A stretch of DNA of 64,000 nucleotides from a bacterium UBA2214 (GTDB lineage Bacteria; Zhuqueibacterota; Zhuqueibacteria; Residuimicrobiales; Residuimicrobiaceae). Below the pieces are notes generated by a model, which saw nothing but the letters and a program-made list of their open reading frames with translations, did not search any database and was not told where the DNA came from. A program made the translations under genes and the position numbers. Positions within the stretch are counted from its first letter, which is position 1. The number at the start of each line of letters is the position of its first letter. Location of the stretch: positions 781-64,780 of the forward strand of contig DCUM01000204.1 in assembly GCA_002327255.1 (NCBI GenBank), in the 5' to 3' direction. Positions 17,980-26,151 of this stretch are shown here, piece after piece.

Positions 17980-20427
17980 TCATTGATCGCTGGCGACGTG
18001 CTTTTCCAGCCATTGATCCATTTCCCAGAGCATATGCAGCACCGACTCGCGGGCGCGATAACCATGACTCTCACACGGGAGTATGACCAGGCGGACTGTT
18101 TTACCCATCCCTTTCAAGGCGGCGTAGTAACGCTCGCTCTGCATGGGAAAGGTGCCGCTGTTGTTGTCCGCTTCACCGTGCATCAGCAACAACGGCGTAT
18201 TCATCTGCCTGACGAACATGAATGGCGACATCCGCGCATAGACGTCCGGGGCATCCCAGAGCGTACGCTCCTCGCTCTGAAAGCCGAAAGGCGTCAGGGT
18301 ACGGTTATAGGCGCCGCTGCGGGCGATACCGGCGCGGAAAAGATCACTATGGCTGAGCAGATTGGCCGTCATGAAGGCGCCATAGGAGTGTCCACCAATC
18401 GCGATGCGGTTGGAATCGGCCACGCCGCGCCGCTGCAGCTCGGCGATCGCCGACCTCGCGCTGGCGACCAGTTGTTCGATGTAGGTATCATTCGGCTCCT
18501 CATCGTTCTCCCCGATGATCGGCATGGCCGGATTGTCGAGGATGGCGTAACCGCGCACGAGCCAGAAGAGGGGAGAGTGGCTCGAAAGGCGCACAAAACG
18601 ATAGGGCGAATCCTTGACCTGTCCCGCAGCCGCGGCACTCTTGTATTCCTGCGGATAGGCCCAGAAAAGAACGGGCAAGGGACCCTGTTCGCGCTGCCAT
18701 CCGGCCGGCGTGTAGAGGGTGCCGCTCAATGAAACGCCATCCTCGCGGAGGTAGTGGATGAGTTCTTTTTGCACCTTTTCGAGTTGGGGATAGGGGTGCG
18801 GAAAAGAGGTCACAGCGTGGACGGTGGCGTCCCGGCCTTTGTGGATGTAGTAATTGGGCGGTTCCTGCAGCGACTCCCGGCGGGTTAAATAGTGCCGGTT
18901 ATCGTCATCGAGGAAATCGATAAAATATTCATAGTACGGTGCCGCGCATTGCCACAATCGCGTCGATTTTCCGGAGCCGAGATCGTACTCATCCAGAAAC
19001 GGAAAGTCGCCCTGCGGCGAGGCGCCCATGCCCCGCAAAAAAATGCGCCCGGTGTTGCCGGCAAAACGGAGGAGGGGTCGCCCCGAGGCGTTGGTTGTCA
19101 GCACCGGCACGCCGGGATCACCGTAGCGCTCTTCCCAGGAACGCTCCCAAACCAGATTCACTGCGGCGCCCGGCACATCCGGACGCACGCGCCACACGCG
19201 AATCTGCCGGGTATCCCACCAGCGCTCTGATACCAAGGCGGTGGTGCCGGTGCCCCAGAAAATGCCGCTGTAGCGCCTGGTGAGATTGATCAGCAGTTGC
19301 GGATCGCGATTGAACGGCGCCGGCAGCGTCCACACTTTGTCGCGAACGGCTACATCGATTTTCGGATCTCCACCATCCTGTGCTTCACACCAGCACAGCG
19401 TGGCGGCCGCATCGTGGCGCCAGGCGAAGTCCCTCGCGCCCGCAGGTACCGCATCCCGGGCAATGGGCACCTCTTCGGCCAGAGGCAAATCAGCCAGAGA
19501 CTTGATCACTTTTCCGTCTTTATCCCAAACCTGGACGGCATGGGGGAAGCGATTCATGGGGACGAGGTAGGAAAAGGGTCTGTGCAGGGTCTCCACCAAA
19601 ATATACTGGCCGTCCGGAGAGGGCTCGGCCGTGCGATGGAGGCCGGGCGAACCCAGGGAACGCTTTTGCCCATCCAGAGAAACAAGGACGAGCTGGAGGG
19701 TAAAATAATGCTCGAACAGGGCCTCATCGTGGGGCGATTTGAGCAAATCCTGATAGGTGCGGGCGGGTGCGATTTTGCCGTGGTTCTCCTGGATAATCGG
19801 CCGCGTTGGCGTTGCGTCGGACACCGGCGCCGGAGGATAATTTTCCGGTATTTGCCGGCAAAGCAGCCCCTGACTGTCCGGCATCCATTCATAGGGTGCA
19901 CCCGGAAAACAGGCATTCAGTCTTTCCACCAGGGGAACGGCCTGACGCGTGGCCACCTCGAGGCACCACAGCGAGATGCCATGAACGCCGGCGAAGGTGA
20001 AGGCGATGCGGCGGCCGTCCGGCGACCATTTGACATCTCGAAGACGCGGTTGATCGGGCAAGCCGGCGATGGAAAATTCCGGCGGCTCCGTCGTCTTTTT
20101 AAGAAGCATGCCGCTAAAGTAAGAAGAGCGACTTGGCGCAAACGTCCCGGGATTGATGCGTTCACCCGCCAGAGAGAGCTCCGGTTGTGCAAGTTCTGAT
20201 AGAGGTGGCAGCGCCGGGATATCCAGCAGGAGCATCCAGTTACGGTGCGGCGATAACAAAACGGCGGGGGTCATCGGGGCATCCACCAGAGCGGCGATCT
20301 CCGCCGGCGGCATGCGATACCCTTGTTCCTGCGCCGGGAAGCTGGCAGTGAACATCATCAACAATCCTATGGATGAAAAAGAGATCGCACCCAATCTCAT
20401 TCTATGGCTCATGACTTCCCTCCTCAC
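17980..20427 (-). CDS. S9 family serine peptidase (prolyl oligopeptidase/dipeptidyl aminopeptidase-like), secreted
   Basis: 815 aa with an N-terminal beta-propeller-like region and a C-terminal alpha/beta hydrolase. Nucleophile GGHSYGAFMTANLL. Catalytic Asp/His region: LLMHGEADNN...ILPCESHGY. Confidence 0.75.
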   Translation of the reverse strand: MRREVMSHRMRLGAISFSSIGLLMMFTASFPAQEQGYRMPPAEIAALVDAPMTPAVLLSPHRNWMLLLDIPALPPLSELAQPELSLAGERINPGTFAPSRSSYFSGMLLKKTTEPPEFSIAGLPDQPRLRDVKWSPDGRRIAFTFAGVHGISLWCLEVATRQAVPLVERLNACFPGAPYEWMPDSQGLLCRQIPENYPPAPVSDATPTRPIIQENHGKIAPARTYQDLLKSPHDEALFEHYFTLQLVLVSLDGQKRSLGSPGLHRTAEPSPDGQYILVETLHRPFSYLVPMNRFPHAVQVWDKDGKVIKSLADLPLAEEVPIARDAVPAGARDFAWRHDAAATLCWCEAQDGGDPKIDVAVRDKVWTLPAPFNRDPQLLINLTRRYSGIFWGTGTTALVSERWWDTRQIRVWRVRPDVPGAAVNLVWERSWEERYGDPGVPVLTTNASGRPLLRFAGNTGRIFLRGMGASPQGDFPFLDEYDLGSGKSTRLWQCAAPYYEYFIDFLDDDNRHYLTRRESLQEPPNYYIHKGRDATVHAVTSFPHPYPQLEKVQKELIHYLREDGVSLSGTLYTPAGWQREQGPLPVLFWAYPQEYKSAAAAGQVKDSPYRFVRLSSHSPLFWLVRGYAILDNPAMPIIGENDEEPNDTYIEQLVASARSAIAELQRRGVADSNRIAIGGHSYGAFMTANLLSHSDLFRAGIARSGAYNRTLTPFGFQSEERTLWDAPDVYARMSPFMFVRQMNTPLLLMHGEADNNSGTFPMQSERYYAALKGMGKTVRLVILPCESHGYRARESVLHMLWEMDQWLEKHVASDQ

Positions 20428-20773
20428 AGTACATCAAAAAACGCCTGGCGTGGACGATAACAGTGCGGGCTGCCGGATGAGCCGGACAGATCCAACGCGC
20501 ATAAAGGGATCTGCTCAGACAGGAAAAGAAAATCAGATGCAACCAGGATGCAGGTTCTACTTAAATATAAAAAAATCATATCATTTTGCAAGCATTTTTT
20601 TTCGCCCCCGACTTTTATCTTGCATTTTTGTCAAAGAACGTTAACTTAAACATCCCGTTTTTTGATAATATCTTTCCTGTCTACCTGATAAATCACATTG
20701 AAATTATGAATTGAATTGATTACATTATCAGGCGGTTCATCCTGGTTTAATCCGTGGGTTGGGAGATAAAAGC

Positions 20774-21688
20774 ATGCTGAGATGTTATCATATCTGCGAA
20801 GGCAAGATTCAGACCTGCAATGTTGCAGATGCGCAGATCCTGACCTATATCAACCCCGATGAATCCGAGAAGAAATACCTCACCGGCGATCTCAATCTCG
20901 ACGAGCACACGCTCAATTCCTGTCTTGACCCCGATGAACTGTCGCGTCTGGAATTTGAACCCGAACATGTCGCCATGATCTTCAAGCGGCCGCGCAATTA
21001 TCTGGTCGAGGACCGCTTTCTTTTCAGGGTCACCTCCATGGGCGCATTTGTATTTGCCGATAAAATCATTCTCGTCTCCTCCGAAGATGTGCCCATTTTT
21101 GATGACAAAAAGTTCACCAAGGTCACCAGTCTCAAGGATGTCATGCTCAAGATGCTCTTTCGTTCCATTTACCATTTTCTCGAGCATCTCAAGATCATCA
21201 ACATGATCACCAACGATCTGGAAGAGAAGATCAACTCCTCCATGGAAAACCGCTATCTCATCAGTCTCTTCTCCCTGGAAAAAAGTCTGGTCTATTACCT
21301 CAACGCCATCACCGCCAATTCGATCCTTTTGCAGCGCCTGAAAAACAATGGCAGCAAGATCGGCTTCATTCCCGATGAAGAGGATTTGCTCGACGACATC
21401 ATGATCGAGAATTCGCAATGTTACCGCCAGGCGGAAATCTATTCCAACATCTTGTCCGGCATGATGGATGCGCGCGCCTCCATCGTGAATAACAATATCA
21501 ACGTGCTCATGAAGACGCTCAACATCATCACCATCGGCATTATGGTCCCCACCTTTATTGTGAGCGCCTTTTCCATGAACGTCGGCATTCCGTTCCAAAA
21601 GCATCCGCAGGCTTTTTGGTTCGTTTTGGGCATCGCTCTGGTTTCGGTCTATGGATTTTACTGGATTTGGCGCTATAAAAAGTGGTGA
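20774..21688 (+). CDS. corA: CorA-family divalent cation transporter
   Basis: ORF 20759..21688 with GGGAG 7 nt before the ATG at 20774. There is a cytoplasmic N-domain and two C-terminal TM helices. The loop motif AFSMNVGIPF is a variant of GMN. Confidence 0.65.
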   Translation: MLRCYHICEGKIQTCNVADAQILTYINPDESEKKYLTGDLNLDEHTLNSCLDPDELSRLEFEPEHVAMIFKRPRNYLVEDRFLFRVTSMGAFVFADKIILVSSEDVPIFDDKKFTKVTSLKDVMLKMLFRSIYHFLEHLKIINMITNDLEEKINSSMENRYLISLFSLEKSLVYYLNAITANSILLQRLKNNGSKIGFIPDEEDLLDDIMIENSQCYRQAEIYSNILSGMMDARASIVNNNINVLMKTLNIITIGIMVPTFIVSAFSMNVGIPFQKHPQAFWFVLGIALVSVYGFYWIWRYKKW

Positions 21689-21741
21689 TTTTGCATACTT
21701 TTTCAGGTTCATGCATCTAATCATTAGGGATCGGATGACGC

Positions 21742-22626
21742 ATGGCAACTATTTCCAACATTCTCGTCGCCAGTGATTTTTCGCAGCCCGCCGAGGCCGC
21801 ACTGCAAAATGCCTTGCGCATTGCGAGAGGATCGGGCGCTTCGCTCACCCTCCTGCATGTGGCGACCATCTTTGAGGGCGATTTCTCTGGCGAAAGAATT
21901 GCAACCCTGAAATCACTTTATCAGCGTCTCGAGAAAAAAGCAGCGCTGGAGATTTCCAGCCATCTCGCGGGGATTGACAGCAAAGGCGTCACCCTTCATA
22001 CGGCCGTGCGCAGCGGTTTCAACGCCGCCGAGGAGATTCTCACCTTTATCAAAAAAAATCACATCGACCTGGTGGCACTGGGTTCTCAGGGCCGCAAGCC
22101 GCTGTCGGAATGGATTCTCGGCAGCGTGGCCGATAAAATCGTCAGAATGGCGCCCTGTCCCGTACTCACCGTGCGACAGACTGCTCAAAACCCGACTGAC
22201 AAAACCGGTTACGGCCACATCGTGGTTGCCACGGATTTTTCTCCCAACAGCCAAAAAGCGTTGCAGATGGCCAACACCCTCGCAAACCGTGAGGCCCGCA
22301 TCGATGTGATCCACGTTTTGGATGACAGTTTCCTGGCGCACTATGGCGCCTCCGGAATGGCAGCCTTGATGCCCGACCTGCAGCGCCGCGCCGCGGAGAC
22401 CCTCGAGCAGTTTGCAGCCCGGGGTTTGACGCCCGGGCGCAAAGGCCGCCGCATCCTCGAGATGGGCGCTGTTTCCGATAAAATACTCGAATATGCGCAG
22501 GGCAGTCATGCCGATCTCATCACCGTCGGGCAGCGCAGCCGGGTGACGGAGGAACCCATCATGCTGGGAAGCGTTTCGCAGCATCTGGTGCAGCGTTCAC
22601 GGCTGCCGGTTTTGGTGGTCAAATGA
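21742..22626 (+). CDS. Universal stress protein, tandem UspA domains
   Basis: Two repeats of the Usp fold: NILVASDFS...LHV and HIVVATDFS...HVL. Each has a C-terminal G-x2-G-x9-GS-like ATP-binding region. Confidence 0.75.
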   Translation: MATISNILVASDFSQPAEAALQNALRIARGSGASLTLLHVATIFEGDFSGERIATLKSLYQRLEKKAALEISSHLAGIDSKGVTLHTAVRSGFNAAEEILTFIKKNHIDLVALGSQGRKPLSEWILGSVADKIVRMAPCPVLTVRQTAQNPTDKTGYGHIVVATDFSPNSQKALQMANTLANREARIDVIHVLDDSFLAHYGASGMAALMPDLQRRAAETLEQFAARGLTPGRKGRRILEMGAVSDKILEYAQGSHADLITVGQRSRVTEEPIMLGSVSQHLVQRSRLPVLVVK

Positions 22627-22638
22627 GCTGAGGTTTAC

Positions 22639-22881
22639 ATGGTATGTGAAAAAATCATCGAGCAGATTTGTGCCGAATTGGCGGAAGACATCGATGTGGA
22701 GGTCTGTCAGAAGGTCAAAGCGCATCTGCTGACGTGCCCGGAATGCGCACAGCAGCTGCAAGCGATGCGCATGACCGTGCATCTCTACGCGCTGCTTGGA
22801 GAGCGCGAGGTGCCGCAAAAAATCCATGAACGATTGGCTCTGTTGCTCAACCTGCCCTGTGCGGAATCGGGAAAAAGGTGA
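22639..22881 (+). CDS. Small zf-HC2 (anti-sigma factor-type zinc finger) protein, orphan
   Basis: 80 aa with GAGG upstream of the ATG. H-x3-C-x2-C motif: AHLLTCPECAQQ. No ECF sigma gene is adjacent. Confidence 0.45.
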   Translation: MVCEKIIEQICAELAEDIDVEVCQKVKAHLLTCPECAQQLQAMRMTVHLYALLGEREVPQKIHERLALLLNLPCAESGKR

Positions 22882-22900
22882 ACAAAAGAGCACTTTATTC

Positions 22901-22929
22901 TTGACAGAGAGTGAAATTTTGCGTATACT
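22901..22929 (+). promoter_or_regulatory. Near-consensus sigma70 promoter of lexA operon (TTGACA-17-TATACT)
   Basis: TTGACA 22901-22906, 17-nt spacer, TATACT 22924-22929. It lies 41 nt upstream of the lexA ATG. Confidence 0.5.
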
Positions 22930-22931
22930 GA

Positions 22932-22951
22932 GGGTGAAAGGAATTTCACCC
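22932..22951 (+). promoter_or_regulatory. Perfect 8-4-8 palindrome GGGTGAAA-GGAA-TTTCACCC between -10 and RBS of lexA; candidate LexA operator (SOS box)
   Basis: Inverted repeat read directly from the sequence. A third GTGAAA half-site lies in the promoter spacer (22912-22917). Confidence 0.4.
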
Positions 22952-22969
22952 TTTTTTTATGGGAGGGTT

Positions 22970-23578
22970 ATGGAAAAGCTGTCACGAAAACAGGAGAAGG
23001 CACTGGCGTTGATCGCCAAACGCACCCGCGAGCAGGGGTATCCGCCGACGCTGGCGGAGTTGACCGAGGAACTCGGGGCGGCCTCGAAAAACACCGCGGT
23101 CAAGTACCTGCGCATCCTCTCGCGCAAGGGCTATATCGTCTGGGAACGCAACAAGGCGCGGGGGATTCAGCTGACCGCCGATGCCGGCGGGGGCGAGGTG
23201 GGACTGCCGCTGATCGGCGCGGTGGCGGCCGGCGCGCCGTTGCTGGCCGAACAGAATATCGAACGCTATGTGACGGTGCCTTCCTGCTTGCTCCAGGCCA
23301 GTGCGCCGCATTTTCTCCTGCGCGTCGCCGGCCAGAGCATGCTCCAGGCCGGCATCCTGCCCGACGATCTCGTGGTGGTACGGGCGCAACCGCATGCGGC
23401 CGTGGGCGAAGTGGTGGTCGCCCTGATCGACGGGGAAGCCACGGTGAAACGGCTGGCGCAGAGCGCCGACCGCCTCTTTCTCAAGGCGGAAAATCCGGAA
23501 TTTGCCGACATCCACCCGCAAGGGGAGTGGTCGATTCAGGGCAAGGTGGTGGCGCTGATCCGCGAAGCGGTGGTGTGA
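22970..23578 (+). CDS. lexA: LexA repressor
   Basis: Internal Met of ORF 22796..23578 with a GGGAGGG RBS. N-terminal wHTH: MEKLSRKQEKALALIAKRTREQGYPPTLAELTEELG. C-terminal S24 peptidase: VAGQSMLQAGIL (Ser) and GKVVALIR (Lys). Confidence 0.85.
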   Translation: MEKLSRKQEKALALIAKRTREQGYPPTLAELTEELGAASKNTAVKYLRILSRKGYIVWERNKARGIQLTADAGGGEVGLPLIGAVAAGAPLLAEQNIERYVTVPSCLLQASAPHFLLRVAGQSMLQAGILPDDLVVVRAQPHAAVGEVVVALIDGEATVKRLAQSADRLFLKAENPEFADIHPQGEWSIQGKVVALIREAVV

Positions 23579-23854
23579 CAGGCGCCTGCAGCTCGACGCG
23601 TCTCGTCGACCTGCAGAACGGCGCTGTCCGGCTGTGCCTGCGATTTCGGCATTCTTCATTAAATGCAACGCGCTCGTCGATCGGCATGACAGCGCTGTCC
23701 TTAGGTGAAACGGCTTCTCAACGCGGCGGCGAAACGGCAGGAAATGGAGTATACCGATACCAAATCTCCTTGGCGAACTGTCGCAAAAGGGGCTGCCGAT
23801 CAGAAAGAAGACCATCCCCCGGCGCAAGGCGCGAAAAAGGGTGGAAGGGGAAAG

Positions 23855-23882
23855 GAAGAGAGAAGAGAGAAGAGAGAAGAGA
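23855..23882 (+). repeat. Tandem heptamer repeat (GAAGAGA)x4 within a ~60-bp polypurine tract upstream of imuB
   Basis: gaagaga gaagaga gaagaga gaagaga with degenerate flanks ggaagggg aaag and gaatgga gaagagg. The tract spans 23842..23899. Confidence 0.9.
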
Positions 23883-23962
23883 GAATGGAGAAGAGGGAAA
23901 AGGCCCCGGGTTCTGCCGCGCCTCTTACAGCAAACAGGGTGATTTCTTTGGACGGAAACTTT

Positions 23963-25126
23963 ATGTCGCGCACGATTTTGCATATCGACGTCAACGATTT
24001 TCCCGTGGCCGTGGAACGGGTGCTGGAGCCGCGCCTGCGGCAACGCCCCGTGGCCGTGGCGGTGGAGAGCGCCAGCCGCGCCCTCGTCGCCGCGCGTTCG
24101 CGCGAAGCGGCCGCCAACGGCGTGCAGCGCGGCATGCCCCTGCACCAGGCCCTGAAATACTGCCCGGATCTGACCGTGCTGCCCCCCAACGAAGCGCTCT
24201 ATCACCGCGCCACAACCGCGCTGCTGCACCTCCTCGGTCAGTTCACGCCCGTCATCGAACCGCTGCGCTTCGGCCACGCCTACCTCGACCTCACCGGCTC
24301 CGGCCGCCTCTTCGGCAACGGCGTCGATGCCGCCGCCCGCGCCCAGCGCGAAATCCGCGACCGCCTCCGCCTCGACGCCGTCGCCGGCGTCGCCAGCAAC
24401 AAACTGGTCAGCAAGGTCGCCTCCGATGTCATCACCGTCCGGAACCCGCAAACCGCCCTCTGCGACGTCCACTACGGCGAGGAACAACGCTTCCTCGCGC
24501 CGCTGCCGGTGGGCTATCTGCCCGGCGTGCAGAAAACCATCCGCGCCCAACTGACCGAACTCAACATCCACCGCATCCGGGAACTGGCGGGGATCAAATC
24601 CGAACACCTGCAGATGGTCTTCGGCCGCTTCGGCCTGCTGCTCTTCCAGCGCGCCCGCGGCATCGACGAGCGCCCGGTGATGCCGCCCCGGCGCAGCCCG
24701 GAGATCGTCGAAACCGTCGAACTGGCCGACGACGGCAACGACTATGAAGCGTTGCGCCGCCTGACCTTCGCGCTGCTCGCCCGCGCCACCCGCCGCCTGC
24801 GCCGCGACCGCCTCTTCACCCGGCACCTGGGGGTGGAAATCCTCTATGGCGATCACCGCCGCGACACGGCGCAGACCCGCACCGCCGCAGCGCAAACCGA
24901 CGCCGATCTCCTCGCCGTCGCCGAAACAACTTTGGGAAAGGCCCTGGCGCGGCGCGTGCGCGTACGCAAAATCACCCTGCGCCTCGGCGGCCTCGGCCCG
25001 GCCAGCGGCCAGCTCGGACTCTTTGCCGCCACCGAAAATCCCAAATATGCCGCGCTCACCGGCGCCATGGACAAAATCCGCGACCGCTTCGGCGATGCCG
25101 CCATCCGCTTCGGGTATGCCGCCTGA
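23963..25126 (+). CDS. imuB: ImuB, catalytically inactive Y-family DNA polymerase paralogue of the SOS mutagenesis cassette
   Basis: Starts MSRTILHIDVNDFPVAVE, aligning with DinB MRKIIHVDMDCFFAAVE but with the second Asp replaced by Asn. The SLDEAYLD catalytic DE position reads RFGHAYLD. Catalytic carboxylates are therefore lost, as is typical of ImuB. It sits between lexA and dnaE2. Confidence 0.75.
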   Translation: MSRTILHIDVNDFPVAVERVLEPRLRQRPVAVAVESASRALVAARSREAAANGVQRGMPLHQALKYCPDLTVLPPNEALYHRATTALLHLLGQFTPVIEPLRFGHAYLDLTGSGRLFGNGVDAAARAQREIRDRLRLDAVAGVASNKLVSKVASDVITVRNPQTALCDVHYGEEQRFLAPLPVGYLPGVQKTIRAQLTELNIHRIRELAGIKSEHLQMVFGRFGLLLFQRARGIDERPVMPPRRSPEIVETVELADDGNDYEALRRLTFALLARATRRLRRDRLFTRHLGVEILYGDHRRDTAQTRTAAAQTDADLLAVAETTLGKALARRVRVRKITLRLGGLGPASGQLGLFAATENPKYAALTGAMDKIRDRFGDAAIRFGYAA

Positions 25127-25246
25127 AACGGCGACAGGAGGGCGGCAATCCGGTGCGCCGGACAGCCCCGCAATGCAACGGAACGCCTGCAGAAAAAAGT
25201 TGATCTTTACCAAAATTATGCTAAATTGCTCCCTGGAGGCGCGACC

Positions 25247-26122
25247 ATGATCATCTCCGCCAGCCGCCGCACCGACATCCCGCGCTATTACGCCAAGTGG
25301 TTCATCCGCCGCGTGCGCGCCGGCCACTGCACCGTGCCCAATCCCTTCAATCCCGGACAGGTGCGCCGCGTCGACCTGCGCCCCGAAGCTGTCACCGCCC
25401 TGGTGTTCTGGACGCGGTTTCCAAAGCTGTTAATGCCCTATATACCGGAACTTGAACACAGGAAATTAAAGTTTTACTTTCAATATACCATCACGCGTTA
25501 TCCCGATCGGTATGAACCCGGCGCACCGCCCGCGGAGGAGGCGATCGCCTGCTTTCGTTCCCTGGCCCGGCTGTTGGGCCCGGGACGCATGATCTGGCGC
25601 TACGACCCGATTTTTTTCACGGATGAATGTGATCCGGACGATCATCTGCAGAACTTTGCACGCCTGTGCGCGCAGTTGCAGGGCTGCACCCGCAAGGTGG
25701 TGATCAGTTTTCTCGATGAATACCGCCGCACGCGGAGCCGGATGCGCGCGGCGGGCGTGGCTTATCCGGGCGATCCCCTGCAACATCCGGGTCTGAAGCC
25801 CCTGCTGCAGGCCATGGTGGAGATCGCCGCGCATCATCACCTGGGCATCGAATCGTGCGCCGAACCCGAATGGCTGCAATCGTATGGCATTGCCACAGGC
25901 CGCTGCATCGATGAGCGATTGCTGCAATCCGAATTCGGGGTAAGAGTGGCCTATAAAAAGGATCCGGGACAGCGTCCCCTGTGCGGCTGCATGCCGAGCA
26001 GGGACATTGGCAGCAACAATACCTGTCCGGCCGGCTGCCTGTACTGCTATGCCACCCCAAATCCTGCTCAGGCGCAAGAACGCTTTTGCCGCCATGACGT
26101 GAAGGCGGAATCTCTCATTTAA
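25247..26122 (+). CDS. DUF1848-family protein (putative Fe-S protein) embedded in SOS cassette
   Basis: GGAGG 8 nt before the ATG. N-terminal MIISASRRTDIPRYYAKWF resembles the DUF1848 signature ISASRRTDIPAFY. C-terminal CPAGCLYC is a CxxxCxxC motif. Confidence 0.55.
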   Translation: MIISASRRTDIPRYYAKWFIRRVRAGHCTVPNPFNPGQVRRVDLRPEAVTALVFWTRFPKLLMPYIPELEHRKLKFYFQYTITRYPDRYEPGAPPAEEAIACFRSLARLLGPGRMIWRYDPIFFTDECDPDDHLQNFARLCAQLQGCTRKVVISFLDEYRRTRSRMRAAGVAYPGDPLQHPGLKPLLQAMVEIAAHHHLGIESCAEPEWLQSYGIATGRCIDERLLQSEFGVRVAYKKDPGQRPLCGCMPSRDIGSNNTCPAGCLYCYATPNPAQAQERFCRHDVKAESLI

Positions 26123-26151
26123 TCCATTGGCCTCGAAAGGGAGTAACCACT

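Noticed and set aside
23586-23616. Palindrome composed of restriction-like sites (CTGCAG, GTCGAC, ACGCGT) as a possible cloning-vector polylinker or chimera
   Set aside because: It is flanked on both sides by native, in-frame lexA and imuB sequence with consistent GC and codon usage. I read it as a natural GC-rich hairpin.
23705-23962. 86-aa N-terminal extension of ImuB from the upstream in-frame ATG
   Set aside because: Y-family polymerases begin at the conserved M-x-x-I-L-H-I/V-D motif. The extension is encoded by a polypurine repeat and palindromic non-coding-looking DNA, so it is more likely 5' UTR.
22982-25327. 781-aa ORF on the minus strand spanning lexA-imuB, and similar long antisense ORFs (657..1718-, 14385..15926+, 27303..28874-, 39598..40431-, 42833..44983-, 44990..46054-, 61717..62709-, 62984..63892-)
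   Set aside because: They lie antisense to or out of frame with genes that have strong family signatures. Long shadow ORFs are expected in high-GC DNA, and they have Gly/Arg/Ala-rich low-complexity translations and no motifs.
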